Origin: Gemmatimonadota bacterium
GTDB lineage: Bacteria > Gemmatimonadota > Gemmatimonadetes > Gemmatimonadales > GWC2-71-9
Assembly (NCBI GenBank): GCA_041477065.1
Contig: JBGOUQ010000021.1
Span: 1,060-65,059, forward strand
DNA length: 64,000 nt
Direction: 5' to 3'
Part shown: piece after piece, positions 43,070 through 52,896 of the stretch
Layout: each line of letters begins with the position of its first letter
How positions within the stretch are numbered: position 1 is the stretch's first letter
Position numbers and translations under genes: made by a program
Notes under the pieces: model-generated
Seen by the model: the letters and a program-made list of their open reading frames with translations, nothing else
Databases searched by the model: none
What the model was told of the DNA's origin: nothing

Positions 43070-44260
43070 ATGCGTCAGTCGCATCTGCTCCTCACCCTCG
43101 CCCTCTGCGTCCCCGCAACGGCCGCCGCCCAGAACGAATCCGGCGCGTTCGTCGTTCGGCTGGGGACCGACACGATCGTCATCGAATCGTTCTCCCGGAC
43201 CGGTGGCATGGTCGATGGCCGTTTCGCCAGCCGCGTCGGGCAGTTCACGGAGTGGCGCTACGCCGTCCGCCTGGGCGCCGATGGCACGGTGCAGACCTAC
43301 GACCTGACCCTGATCCGCGCGTCGACGCCGAACACTCCGACCCAGCACCGCACCATCGCCTTCCAGCGGGACAGCGCCATTCTGACCATCGTGCGGGGTG
43401 ACTCGACCACCACCACCCGGCTGGCCGCGCCCCAGGGCGGCTTCCCGTTTCTCAACCATTCCTTCGCGATGTATGAGCTGCTGGCGCGCGCCGCGCGTGC
43501 CGCCGGGCGCGATACATTCACGACGGCCGAGGCGATCTTCGGCGCGCCCCGGACCTACGTGACCACCGTGGTGAGAGTGGGCGTCGATTCCCTCGTCGCG
43601 ACGGTCGACAACGGCCTCGGCGTACGGCTCAAGGCGGACCCGAGCGGCAAGGTGCTCGGAGGCAACGGCCATGGCACCACGCAACAGGTGGACGTTGAAC
43701 GGCGCGACAACCTGAACTTCCAGGCGCTGGCGGATGCCTTCTCCACCCGCCCTCTCACGGGTCCCTTGTCGCCAGCCGATTCCGTCCGCGCGAGCATCGT
43801 GGGGGCGAGCATCGCCATCGACTACAGCCGGCCGTCCATGCGCGGTCGCAAGGTCTTCGGCGGAGACCTTGTTCCCTGGGACAAGGTCTGGCGTACCGGC
43901 GCGAACTTTGCGACCCGTCTTACCACCTCGGCCGACCTCCTGATCGGCGGGCAGACGGTCCCCGCCGGCACCTACACCCTGTGGACGCTGCCGACGCCGA
44001 CGGGCTGGAAGCTGATCATCAACAAACAGACCAAGGCTCCCTGCGCCGACGCGGCGAGCTGCAACAGCCCGCGCCGCGCGAACCTTTGGGGCACTGACTA
44101 CAGCGCCGACTCGGACTTTGTTCGAGTGGATATGCAGGTGGAGAAGCTCTCGGCGCCTCTCGAGCAGTATCTCATGAGCATCACGCCCCAGGGCGCCGGC
44201 GGCGTCTTGAAACTCGAATGGGAAACGACGCGGGCATGGGTCGCGTTCAGCAAGAAGTAG
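43070..44260 (+). CDS. Secreted protein with C-terminal DUF2911-like domain
   Basis: ORF track, 396 aa. The signal peptide is MRQSHLLLTLALCVPATAAAQ. VWRTGANFATRL...GTYTLWTLP...WKLIINKQT matches my recollection of DUF2911. Confidence 0.7.
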   Translation: MRQSHLLLTLALCVPATAAAQNESGAFVVRLGTDTIVIESFSRTGGMVDGRFASRVGQFTEWRYAVRLGADGTVQTYDLTLIRASTPNTPTQHRTIAFQRDSAILTIVRGDSTTTTRLAAPQGGFPFLNHSFAMYELLARAARAAGRDTFTTAEAIFGAPRTYVTTVVRVGVDSLVATVDNGLGVRLKADPSGKVLGGNGHGTTQQVDVERRDNLNFQALADAFSTRPLTGPLSPADSVRASIVGASIAIDYSRPSMRGRKVFGGDLVPWDKVWRTGANFATRLTTSADLLIGGQTVPAGTYTLWTLPTPTGWKLIINKQTKAPCADAASCNSPRRANLWGTDYSADSDFVRVDMQVEKLSAPLEQYLMSITPQGAGGVLKLEWETTRAWVAFSKK

Positions 44261-44261
44261 G

Positions 44262-44726
44262 GTGCACCTCGACTTCGCCGTCGTCGCGGACTACGCGCTC
44301 GTCGATCAGGCAGGGAAGATCTCGGTGCTGGGCATCTTCCAGCACATCTGGGTGCAGCAGTTCCCCGCGATGCACCCGCGTTTGCACCTGGTGCTCCGGC
44401 TCAAGGGCAAGCGCACCGAGATCGGCGAGCACGGGGTGCAAATCCGTCTCGTCGACGAGCAGGCGCAGGAGATCCTCGGCGGCAGCGGCCAGGTGACGTT
44501 CGCCGAGCCGCCCGCCGGGATCACCGACATCGAGGCCGGGGCGATCCTCGTGTTCGATGTCCCGTTTCCACACCCCGGCCTGTACCGCTTCCAAATCACC
44601 ATCGACGGCGAGGAGAAAGCGTCGGTGCCGATCACCGTGAGCCAGCTCCCACCCCCCGCCCTTTCCTCTCCCGGGGCAACGGGGGGGGGGGGGGGGGGGG
44701 GACCCGGAACCCAAGCGCTGCATTGA
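44262..44726 (+). CDS. Small conserved-looking hypothetical protein (beta-rich), C-terminus runs through a G21 tract
   Basis: ORF track, 154 aa, GTG start 1 nt after the upstream stop. Its non-repetitive composition (MHLDFAVVADYALVDQAGKISVLGIFQHIW...) supports coding. I cannot confidently assign a family. Confidence 0.65.
   Translation: MHLDFAVVADYALVDQAGKISVLGIFQHIWVQQFPAMHPRLHLVLRLKGKRTEIGEHGVQIRLVDEQAQEILGGSGQVTFAEPPAGITDIEAGAILVFDVPFPHPGLYRFQITIDGEEKASVPITVSQLPPPALSSPGATGGGGGGGPGTQALH
44681..44701. repeat. G21 homopolymer at the junction of the hypothetical gene and the GT39 gene
   Basis: Counted directly. It encodes a Gly run (six GGG codons plus GGA, 7 Gly in total) 25 nt before the stop/start overlap. 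Confidence 0.95.
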
Positions 44727-46405
44727 CGGCCGCCGCGCCCGCGCGCTCGTCCCCCCGGGTGCCGCTGCTGTTGCTCGCGGCGGCCCTGGCGCTCGGCTGG
44801 AACCTGAACGGCTTTCGCCTGCTCGACCCCGACGAGGGTCGCAACGCGGAGGTGGCCCGTGAAATGGCCGAAAGCCACGACTTCCTCCTCCCGCAGCTGA
44901 ACGGCCTCCCCTACCTCGACAAGCCCGTCGTGTATTTCGCCGCCGCGGCCGTCGCGATGGCGGTGCTGGGGCCCACGGAGACCGCCGCCCGGCTTCCCGC
45001 GCTCCTCGCCACCCTCGCCACGATCGCACTCGTCGTCCGCTTCGCGCGGCGGCGCTGGGGTCCCGACGCCGGCTGGCTGGCCGGCCTGGCCCTCGCGACC
45101 ATGCCGATGGTGATGGCGTACGCCCGGGCCACGATCTTCGACAGCACGTTGAGCTTGTGTACGACCGCCGCGATCCTCGCGTTCGCCGAGGAGCGGCCGG
45201 TGCTCGCGTGGGCGGCGATCGGCGCCGGCGCGCTCACCAAGGGGCCGATCGCGATCGCGATCCCGCTGTGCGCCGTCATCCCCTGGGCGCTGCTCACCGG
45301 CACGCCGCTGCGCCGGCTGTTCACGCCGCGCGCCCTCGCGGTATTCGGCCTCGTTGCGCTGCCTTGGTTCGTCGCGGTGTCGCTGCGAATTCCGGAGTTC
45401 CCCCATTACGTGTTCGTGCGCGAGACGTTGCAGCGCGTGACCACCCGCAGCTTCCACCGCAGCGCCCCCTTCTGGTACTACCTCCCCATCGTTCCGGTCG
45501 CCGCCTTCCCATGGATCGTGCCCGCTCTGGCTCGGCTCGGCGGCGGTCGCTGGCGCTGGGCCTGGCTCGCCCGCAAGGAAAACTCCAACGCCCGCGAGCC
45601 GCTGTTGCTCGCCTGCTGGCTGCTCGGGCCGCTGGTGTTTTTCACGCTGAACCAGTCCAAGCTGCCGCAGTACGTCCTGCCGCTGATGCCGGCATTCGCG
45701 CTGGCGGCCGCGCGGGCGTGGACCCGTGGCGGCCCAGGCACTGCGCGGAGGACCTTTGTCGCACTCGCCGCGGCGGCCGGCGTGCTGCTGGTCTCGCTCA
45801 CGGTCTGGATGCCGGCCCCGATCTCACTGACCTCCGCGGAACGAGCGGTGATCCCACCGACTGCTTTGGCGCTTGGCCTCGTCCTGCTCGGTTCGGCCGC
45901 CCTGGCCTGGCTCGGCGCCCGGGGAAGTGGTGGGCGACCGGCCCTGACGGCGACCGCCTATGCCGCGGCGGTCATCGCCATTCCATTCGTCTCGGGCGGG
46001 CTGCTGCAGGCGGTGGGTGAGGATCGCTCCGCTGCGGCGCTCGCGGCCGTGGTCCGGAATCGGGGCCAGGTCGTCGGGATCGCCGCCTACCCGCCCTCGC
46101 TCCCGTTCTACCTGCGCCACCGAGTCGCGCTCGCGACGGCGACCGGCCGGGAGCTCACGAGCAACTTCATCGCCGATTACGTCGAGCCGCTCCGGTCCTG
46201 GCCGGAGTCCCCGCTGCTGCCCCCGCTCGGCTGGCGCGACCTCCTGGACCGGTGCCCGAGGCCCACCGTATTCGTGACGCGCAATAGCGACCGCGACACC
46301 CGCGCGGCGCTGGGGCGGCTGCCGCTGATGTACGAGGACGGCCACTACGCCGCCTACGGGCCGTGCAAGCCGTCCCCCGCCTCCTCCCGCGACTCGGGCG
46401 GCTGA
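44723..46405 (+). CDS. GT39-family (ArnT/PMT-like) membrane glycosyltransferase
   Basis: ORF track, 560 aa (TTG start, uncertain). It is polytopic, and LLDPDEGRNAEVAREMAESHDFLLPQLNGLPYLDKPV is typical of the ArnT-like N-terminal loop. Confidence 0.8.
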   Translation: MTAAAPARSSPRVPLLLLAAALALGWNLNGFRLLDPDEGRNAEVAREMAESHDFLLPQLNGLPYLDKPVVYFAAAAVAMAVLGPTETAARLPALLATLATIALVVRFARRRWGPDAGWLAGLALATMPMVMAYARATIFDSTLSLCTTAAILAFAEERPVLAWAAIGAGALTKGPIAIAIPLCAVIPWALLTGTPLRRLFTPRALAVFGLVALPWFVAVSLRIPEFPHYVFVRETLQRVTTRSFHRSAPFWYYLPIVPVAAFPWIVPALARLGGGRWRWAWLARKENSNAREPLLLACWLLGPLVFFTLNQSKLPQYVLPLMPAFALAAARAWTRGGPGTARRTFVALAAAAGVLLVSLTVWMPAPISLTSAERAVIPPTALALGLVLLGSAALAWLGARGSGGRPALTATAYAAAVIAIPFVSGGLLQAVGEDRSAAALAAVVRNRGQVVGIAAYPPSLPFYLRHRVALATATGRELTSNFIADYVEPLRSWPESPLLPPLGWRDLLDRCPRPTVFVTRNSDRDTRAALGRLPLMYEDGHYAAYGPCKPSPASSRDSGG

Positions 46406-48235
46406 ATGTGCGGCATCTTCGGCGCCGTCTCCCTCGCCGGGAAACCACTCCGTCACCCCGAGTGCGTCGCCCAAATGGCCGCGAGCCTCGTTCACCGCGG
46501 GCCCGACGGCGAGCGCATCGTGGGGCACGAGCGCGCGCGCCTCGGGGCCCGGCGTCTGGCCATCATGGACCTCACCACCGGCGACCAGCCGTTTCAAAGC
46601 CCCAACGGCGCCATCTGGATGGTGTGCAACGGCGAGATCTACAACGCGCGCGATCTGCGCCGGGAGGCGACCGGGTGGGGCTATCCCTTCCGCTCCACGG
46701 GTGACATCGAGAACATCGTTCCGTTTTACGAGCGCTACGACCGGGACGCGGTGGCCCGGCTCGAGGGGATGTTCGGGCTCGCCATCTGGGACGACCGCCG
46801 CCAAGCGCTCACCCTCGCGCGCGACCGCGCGGGGGAGAAACCGCTGTTCTGGACCAGCGTCGACGGAGAGCTCCGCTTCGCTTCCGAGATCCAGGCTCTG
46901 CTCGTCTATCCCGACCAGCCCCGCCGGCTGAACCGGACCGCCGCGCAGCTGTACCAGGCGCTCGGCTACGTCCCCGCTCCGCAGACGATGTTCGAAGGAA
47001 TCCACAAGCTGCCGGCCGCGCATCTCCTCGCGGCGGAATCGAAGCGGATCGCGATCTACCCGTACTGGGAGGCCGCAGTCGCCGCCTCCGCGCCCTCCCG
47101 CCTCGAGAGCGCGGTCCAGCTGCGCGGGGTGCTGCTGCGCGCCGTCGAGCGGGAGCTGATGTCGGACGTGCCGGTGGGCGTGTTCACGAGCGGCGGGCTC
47201 GACTCCTCACTCCTCGCCGCGGCGGCCGCGCGAGTGAAGCCGGGGGAGCAGATCCACACCTACGCGGTCAGGTTCGTCGAGCGCGGCTACGACGAGAGCG
47301 ATTTCGCCGAGCGGGTGACGCACTCGATCCGGACGATCCACCACGTCGTGACCGCCGACGATGAATCGCTGCACCGCGGCTTCGAGACCGTCACCCACGC
47401 TCTGGCCGAGCCCGTCGGTGACCCGGCGATCCTCCCCACCTACCTGCTGGCTGAGGCCGCGCGCGAGCACGTGAAGGTGGTGCTCTCCGGTGAAGGAGCC
47501 GACGAGCTGTTCGGGGGCTATCCCACGTACGTCGGCCACAAGGCCGCGCTGGCCTATCGGTGGATCCCCCCGCCGTTGCGCCGCGCCGCCGCCGCGCTGG
47601 TGAATCGCTGGCCCAGCTCCACCGGGAAGGTCACGGTCGAGTTCCTGCTCAAGCAGTTCGTGGCCGCCGCCGAGCTCCCGGCCATCGAGCGGCACGTGAC
47701 GTGGTTCGGCGCGCTCGGACCATCACCGCTCGCGGTCGAAGCGGCGGCGGCCAGGCTGAAGGGATTCCCGGTCGGCGACGCGCTCAACCGCCTCCTGTGG
47801 CTCGACTTCCTCACCTACCTCCCCGACAATCTCCTGGTGAAGGTGGACCGGGCGACGATGCTCGCCTCGATCGAGGCCCGCGCGCCGTTCCTCGACCGCG
47901 AGGTGCTGGAGCTGGTCCTGCCGGCGCCGTCGCGGCTCAAGGTGCGGGGCCTCACCACCAAAGCGATATTAAAGGAAGCGGCGCGGGGGCTCGTGCCGGC
48001 GGATGTGATTCAGCGCCGGAAACGCGGCCTCTCGGTCCCGGTGGCCCGCTGGCTCAACACCGGCCTGGCGTCGCTGGCCGCGGCGCACCTGCGCGAGCCG
48101 CGGCTGTTTCCGCAGGCCAACACGGCGCAGCTATTGGCCGAGCACGCGGCGGGCGCGCGCAACCACGCCCGCAAGCTCTGGCCGATCCTCATGGCCGAGC
48201 TGTGGGCGGAACGGTGGGGGGTGGAGTTGACGTGA
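46406..48235 (+). CDS. asnB: Asparagine synthase (glutamine-hydrolysing) family amidotransferase
   Basis: ORF track, 609 aa. The N-terminal nucleophile is MCGI. The PP-loop reads VFTSGGLDSS. Confidence 0.9.
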   Translation: MCGIFGAVSLAGKPLRHPECVAQMAASLVHRGPDGERIVGHERARLGARRLAIMDLTTGDQPFQSPNGAIWMVCNGEIYNARDLRREATGWGYPFRSTGDIENIVPFYERYDRDAVARLEGMFGLAIWDDRRQALTLARDRAGEKPLFWTSVDGELRFASEIQALLVYPDQPRRLNRTAAQLYQALGYVPAPQTMFEGIHKLPAAHLLAAESKRIAIYPYWEAAVAASAPSRLESAVQLRGVLLRAVERELMSDVPVGVFTSGGLDSSLLAAAAARVKPGEQIHTYAVRFVERGYDESDFAERVTHSIRTIHHVVTADDESLHRGFETVTHALAEPVGDPAILPTYLLAEAAREHVKVVLSGEGADELFGGYPTYVGHKAALAYRWIPPPLRRAAAALVNRWPSSTGKVTVEFLLKQFVAAAELPAIERHVTWFGALGPSPLAVEAAAARLKGFPVGDALNRLLWLDFLTYLPDNLLVKVDRATMLASIEARAPFLDREVLELVLPAPSRLKVRGLTTKAILKEAARGLVPADVIQRRKRGLSVPVARWLNTGLASLAAAHLREPRLFPQANTAQLLAEHAAGARNHARKLWPILMAELWAERWGVELT

Positions 48236-48834
48236 ACCGAGTTGAAGCCCTGGCCCTGATGCACGAGCACACGCAATCCGCCTCCCTGCGCCAGCACATG
48301 CTGGCCGTCGAGGCGGCGATGCGCGGCTACGCCCCCAAGTACGGAGACGATCCCGAGACGTGGGGCCTGGTGGGCCTGCTGCACGACTTCGACTACGAGC
48401 GCTATCCGAACGCCGTCCACTCGGCCACCGAGGAGCATCCGTCCTGGGGCGTGCGACTGCTGCGGGAGCGGGGGGTGCCCGACCCGATGTGCACGGCCAT
48501 CCTCGGCCACGCGGCCTACACCGGCGTGCCGCGGGAGACCCCGATGGCCAAAGCGCTGTTCGCGGTGGACGAGCTGTGCGGCTTCCTCGTCGCCTGCGCG
48601 CTGGTGCGCCCGTCGCGCAGCTTCGGCGACCTGGAGGTGTCGTCGGTGAAGAAGAAGCTCAAGGACAAGGCCTTTGCGCGCGGCGTGAGTCGCGACGAGG
48701 TGCGGCAGAGCGCCGAGGAGCTGGGCGTCCCCCTCGACGAGCACATCGCCTTCTGCATCCAGGCGCTCCGTCCCGTCGAGGGGGCGCTGGGCCTCGGCAT
48801 CGCGGTCGGGGGGGGGGGAGCGCCGGCGGGGTGA
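48232..48834 (+). CDS. HD-domain phosphohydrolase-like protein
   Basis: This is the tail of track ORF 47560..48834, from GTG 48232 (GTGA overlap). It reads HMLAVEAAMRGYA...GLLHDFDY. Confidence 0.7.
   Translation: MNRVEALALMHEHTQSASLRQHMLAVEAAMRGYAPKYGDDPETWGLVGLLHDFDYERYPNAVHSATEEHPSWGVRLLRERGVPDPMCTAILGHAAYTGVPRETPMAKALFAVDELCGFLVACALVRPSRSFGDLEVSSVKKKLKDKAFARGVSRDEVRQSAEELGVPLDEHIAFCIQALRPVEGALGLGIAVGGGGAPAG
48808..48818. repeat. G11 homopolymer 13 nt upstream of the HD-gene stop / PLD-gene start
   Basis: Counted directly in the sequence. Confidence 0.95.
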
Positions 48835-50231
48835 ATACGGGAGGGGAGCTCGGCCTCGCTATCGACCGCGCGGCGGGCACGCGTGCGGTCGGCGGGAACA
48901 GCCTGCAACACCATCCCGACAGCCCGCGCGCGCTGCAGGCGATGCTGGACACGATCGCCGGCGCCACCCGCTGGGTCCATTTCGAGAACTACATCATTCG
49001 CGACGACCACACCGGTCGGCGGTTCGCAGCTGCGCTGGCCGAGCGGGCGCGCGCCGGTGTGCCCGTGCGGGTGCTGTACGACGCGCTCGGCTCCTTCGGC
49101 ACGGGCCGCCGCTTCTGGCGCGGCCTGCGCGAGGCAGGCGCCGAAGTGCGCAGCTTCCACCCGCTGCTCTCTCGCCGGCCGTTCGAGATCTTCTCCCGCG
49201 ACCACCGCAAGCTGCTCGCGGTGGACGGCGCGCGCGCGATGCTCGGCGGGCTGTGTATCGGCGACGAATGGGCGGGGGACGCCGCCCGGGGCCGGCAGCC
49301 CTGGCGCGACACGATGCTCACGGTCCACGGTCCGGCCGCCGCCGCGCTCGACCGCGCTTTCGGTCGCACGTGGCGCCGCGCGGGGCCGGCGCTGGCGCCG
49401 GAGGAGTTGGCGGCCGAAGCGCCCGCCGCCGGCGACTCCGCCGTCCGGGTGGTGTCCGGCGTGCCGGGACAGGCGCGCATCTACCGCGCCGTGGAGATGC
49501 TCGTGGCCGGCGCGACCGAGCGGCTGTGGATCACCGATGCCTACCTCATCGCCCCGGCGACGCTGTACGCGAGTCTCCTGGACGCGGCGCGGGCCGGCGT
49601 GGACGTGCGCCTCCTCGTCCCCGGCACGAGCGACCTGCCGGTGCTCCGCAACTTCACGCGCATCGGCTACCGCGAGCTGCTGTACGCCGGGGCGCGCGTC
49701 TTCGAGTGGCAGGGCCCGATGCTCCACGCCAAGACGATGGTGGTGGACCGGCGCTGGGCGCGCATCGGCTCGACCAACCTCAACGTGTCGAGCCTGCTCA
49801 CCAACTACGAGCTCGACCTGCTGGCCGACTGCGGCGAGCTGACCGAGACGCTCGCGGCGCAGTTCCGGCGCGACCTCGCCTCGAGCCGCGAGGTCGTGCT
49901 GCAGCCGCGGCGCCGCTTGCTGCCCGCCCGGCTCGTGGGCGCGCCCGCGGTGCCGGCGGGCGAAGCGGTCTCGCCGCCGCCCCACAAGCGCTCGGGCTAC
50001 GAGCTCGGCGCGGTGGCCGTGGTCGCCCTGCGGCGAGTGGCGGGCGGCTTGCGCCGCACCATCGCGTGGACCGCCGCCGGCGCGTGCACTGGGCTCGGCG
50101 CCCTGCTGTTGCTGTTCCCCCACGTGATGAGCGTCACGCTCGCCACGCTCGCGTTCTGGTTCGCGCTGGGGTTCGGCCTCTACGCGCTGGAACGGCGGCG
50201 GTCTCGAGAAGAGGAAGCGGATGCGATCTGA
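48831..50231 (+). CDS. Phospholipase D / cardiolipin-synthase-like protein (two HKD motifs) with C-terminal TM segments
   Basis: This is the tail of track ORF 48360..50231, from GTG 48831 (GTGA overlap). The HKD motifs are RDHRKLLAVDG and MLHAKTMVVDRRWARIGSTNLN. The tail is hydrophobic (GLGALLLLFPHVMSVTLATLAFWFALGFGLYAL). Confidence 0.85.
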   Translation: MNTGGELGLAIDRAAGTRAVGGNSLQHHPDSPRALQAMLDTIAGATRWVHFENYIIRDDHTGRRFAAALAERARAGVPVRVLYDALGSFGTGRRFWRGLREAGAEVRSFHPLLSRRPFEIFSRDHRKLLAVDGARAMLGGLCIGDEWAGDAARGRQPWRDTMLTVHGPAAAALDRAFGRTWRRAGPALAPEELAAEAPAAGDSAVRVVSGVPGQARIYRAVEMLVAGATERLWITDAYLIAPATLYASLLDAARAGVDVRLLVPGTSDLPVLRNFTRIGYRELLYAGARVFEWQGPMLHAKTMVVDRRWARIGSTNLNVSSLLTNYELDLLADCGELTETLAAQFRRDLASSREVVLQPRRRLLPARLVGAPAVPAGEAVSPPPHKRSGYELGAVAVVALRRVAGGLRRTIAWTAAGACTGLGALLLLFPHVMSVTLATLAFWFALGFGLYALERRRSREEEADAI

Positions 50232-50814
50232 TCCGCCGTCCCAACTCCCGAACGGGGCCGCGCGTATAGCTCAAGGGGACGAGGCCGAGCTGGCGGCGCG
50301 GGCCCGCGCCGGGGACCGGGCGGCCTTCGGGACGTTGGTGGAGCGCTTCGCGGCGCAGGCTCAGCGGGTTGCCCGCGCCGTGCTGCAAAACCCCGACGAC
50401 GCGGACGACGCCGCGCAGGACGCCTTCCTCTCGGCGCTGGTGAAGCTCGACCAATACGACCCGCACCGCCCCTTCGGCCCGTGGCTGATGCGGATCGTGG
50501 CAAACGCGGCGACGGATCGCCGGCGGCGACGCTCGGTGCGGCAGACGGAGCCGCTGGCACCGGAATTGGCCGGCGGCGGCGCGCGCCCGGACCGCGAGAC
50601 CGAGCGGCGCGCCTTGGGCGAGCGGCTGCGGGCCGCGCTGGCGGAGTTGCCCGAGCGCCGCCGCCTCGCGGTGGTGTTGTTCGACGTGGAAGGGTATTCG
50701 CACGCCGAGATCGCCGGGATCCTCGGCATCCCCGAGGGGACGGTGCGCTCGGAGGTGTTCCACGCGCGGCGTGCGTTGCGGGCTATGCTGCAGGATTGGA
50801 AGGAGGACGCATGA
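50221..50814 (+). CDS. ECF-type sigma-70 family sigma factor (second in window)
   Basis: ORF track, 197 aa. It overlaps the PLD gene end by 11 nt. Motifs are DDAAQDAFLSALVKL, FGPWLMRIVANAATDRRR and YSHAEIAGILGIPEGTVRSEVFHARRAL. Confidence 0.9.
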   Translation: MRSDPPSQLPNGAARIAQGDEAELAARARAGDRAAFGTLVERFAAQAQRVARAVLQNPDDADDAAQDAFLSALVKLDQYDPHRPFGPWLMRIVANAATDRRRRRSVRQTEPLAPELAGGGARPDRETERRALGERLRAALAELPERRRLAVVLFDVEGYSHAEIAGILGIPEGTVRSEVFHARRALRAMLQDWKEDA

Positions 50815-51170
50815 AGGAGCCGTCGACGTCGTTCGATCATCGGCCGGATCGGGAGCTGGGGGCGGCGCTGCGCGCCGCGCTCACGCCGGCCGACCCGGCC
50901 GGGTTCGTCGCGCGGGTGCGCGCCGCCGCGGAGCGGCGGGGCGCGCCCACCTGGGATATCCTGGCGCGCTGGGCGCGCGTCGGGATCGCGGCGGCCGCCG
51001 CGGCCGCCATGCTCGCGGGGTTCCTGACGGGTCGCGCGTTGCAATCGCCGCTGGCGCCCGAAGAGGTCGCCGTGATGTCGGCGGGTGCCGGCGCGACGGC
51101 GCTCCTGGAATCGCCGCGGGCGCCGGACGCAAGCGTGGTGTTCACCGGACTCGTGACTCGTGAACGATAG
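50811..51170 (+). CDS. Single-pass membrane protein, candidate anti-sigma factor (by position only)
   Basis: This is the tail of track ORF 50481..51170, from ATG 50811 (ATGA overlap with the sigma gene). It has one TM segment (VGIAAAAAAAMLAGFLTG) and no zf-HC2 motif. Confidence 0.55.
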   Translation: MKEPSTSFDHRPDRELGAALRAALTPADPAGFVARVRAAAERRGAPTWDILARWARVGIAAAAAAAMLAGFLTGRALQSPLAPEEVAVMSAGAGATALLESPRAPDASVVFTGLVTRER

Positions 51171-51200
51171 CCGCGCGTCAACCAGAGAGGGTCAGCCGTC

Positions 51201-51605
51201 ATGATGTTGAACCGATCGAAGGCCCAGGCGCTCGCGCTCCTCGCGGCCGTGTTCCTGGCCGGGGGAGCGACCGGCTGGGGCGTGGCGGGTTGGCGCGCCG
51301 AGCACCGTCCCCGCCGCGGCGGGCCGGACGCCATGGTGGAGTTTCTCGACGGAAAGCTGCACCTCACCGCGGCCCAGCGAGACTCGGTGAAGGTGGTGTT
51401 CACCCGTCATCATGCGGAGGCGGAGGCGATCTGGCGCGAGGTGCACCCACGCTACGACTCATTGCGGGCGGCCATGCGACGGGAGATCAGTGCGCAGCTC
51501 ACCACGGAGCAGCGGGAGCGCTACGCGCGACTCATCGCGGAGCTGGAGCATCAACACCAGGCAGGGGACAGCGGAAAATCTCAGCCGGATGGAGGGCGGC
51601 ACTAG
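51201..51605 (+). CDS. Spy/CpxP-like periplasmic protein with LTxxQ motifs
   Basis: ORF track, 134 aa. It has an N-terminal anchor or signal (ALALLAAVFLAGGATG). The LTxxQ motifs are LHLTAAQRD and QLTTEQRERY. Confidence 0.7.
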   Translation: MMLNRSKAQALALLAAVFLAGGATGWGVAGWRAEHRPRRGGPDAMVEFLDGKLHLTAAQRDSVKVVFTRHHAEAEAIWREVHPRYDSLRAAMRREISAQLTTEQRERYARLIAELEHQHQAGDSGKSQPDGGRH

Positions 51606-51606
51606 C

Positions 51607-52896
51607 ATGCGGTGGAGCTTCGGTATCCTGGCGCTCGCGGTGGTCGTGCCCGCGGCGGCCCAACAACAGCAGCAGCTCGAAGTGACCCTGGCGGAGGCGG
51701 TGCGGCGGTCCCTCCTGGTCCAGCCGGCCATGATCCAGGCCCAGGGCGACGTGCGCAACGCCGGGGCGGGTACGCGCGCGGCGTGGGGGGCGTTCCTGCC
51801 GACCATCTCGACGAGCGGCTCCGCGTCGCGCAGCAACACCAGCGTCATCGACCGCATCACCGGCCTGCCCGTGCCGCCGCAGTACTCGTACACGGTCGGC
51901 CTCAACGCCAGCCTCGACCTGTTCACCGGGCTCCGCCGCCTCGGCAACAAGAACGCCGCCTCGGCCAACGCCGATGCCGCGGACGCGGGCTACGTGAACC
52001 AGCGCTTCCAGGCCGCGCTCCAGACCAAGCAGGCGTTCTACAACGCGCTCGCCACCGACGAGCTGGTCCGCGTCGCGCAGGCGCAGGTCAAGCGCACCCA
52101 GCAGGAGCTGCAAATCTCGGTGGACAAGCTCCGGGCCGGCTCCGCGACCCGGTCGGATTCCCTCCGCTCCGCGGTCGACCTCGGCAACGCCCAGCTGGCG
52201 CTGCTTCAGGCTCAGGCGAACCGCGCCTTCGCCCAAGCGAACCTCGGCCGCCTGGTCGGCTTCGACCAGCCGGTGCGCGCCGTCCCGGACAGCGCCCTGC
52301 CCCAGCCGCCCGATACAGTGGCGCTGCGGTCGGCGGTGCTGGCCCAGACCCCGCAGGTCCAGCAGGCCGATGCGCAGGCGCGCGCCGCGCGCGCCGGCAT
52401 CTGGTCGGCCCGCTCCCAGTATTTTCCGACGTTGAACGTGTCCTACGGGGACAACCGGCAGGGCATTCAGTCTCCCAGCCTCGACGCCGTGTTCAACCAG
52501 TACCGCGAGTCCTTCTCTTGGCGCTTCGGACTCTCCTGGACGCTGTTCAACGGCTTCGCCCGCGAGCAGCAGCAGACCTCGGCCGCGGTGCAACGCGACG
52601 TTGCCCTGGCGCGTGCCGCCGATACGCGGCGCGCCGTCAGCGCGCAGTTCACGCAGCAGCTCATGGCGCTCGCGACCGCCTACGCTCAGATCGACATTTC
52701 GCAGTCCAACGTCGCCGCGACCACCGAGGACATGCGCGTGCAGCAGGAGCGCTATCGCGTCGGCGCGGCCACGATCCTCGACCTCCTCACCTCGCAAGCG
52801 AATCTGACCCAGGCGCAGGTGAGCCTGGTGCAGGCGCGCTTCAACTATCTGATCGCCCGGGCCACGCTCGAGGCGCTCCTGGGGCACGACTTGTGA
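51607..52896 (+). CDS. TolC-family outer-membrane efflux protein
   Basis: This is the tail of track ORF 51412..52896, from ATG 51607. The signal is [19 protein letters not shown]. It shows a two-fold OEP repeat pattern ([11 protein letters not shown] ... [17 protein letters not shown]). Confidence 0.88.
   Translation: MRWSFGILALAVVVPAAAQQQQQLEVTLAEAVRRSLLVQPAMIQAQGDVRNAGAGTRAAWGAFLPTISTSGSASRSNTSVIDRITGLPVPPQYSYTVGLNASLDLFTGLRRLGNKNAASANADAADAGYVNQRFQAALQTKQAFYNALATDELVRVAQAQVKRTQQELQISVDKLRAGSATRSDSLRSAVDLGNAQLALLQAQANRAFAQANLGRLVGFDQPVRAVPDSALPQPPDTVALRSAVLAQTPQVQQADAQARAARAGIWSARSQYFPTLNVSYGDNRQGIQSPSLDAVFNQYRESFSWRFGLSWTLFNGFAREQQQTSAAVQRDVALARAADTRRAVSAQFTQQLMALATAYAQIDISQSNVAATTEDMRVQQERYRVGAATILDLLTSQANLTQAQVSLVQARFNYLIARATLEALLGHDL

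Noticed and set aside
48516-50123. A 535-aa minus ORF antisense to the PLD-like gene.
   Set aside because: The plus-strand frame carries two intact HKD motifs. The antisense product is Arg/Gly/Pro-rich.
50185-50220. A GGAAC box upstream of the second ECF sigma gene, considered as an autoregulatory promoter.
   Set aside because: There is no CGT-type -10 at the right spacing. The box lies only about 30 nt from the start codon and inside the PLD coding region.
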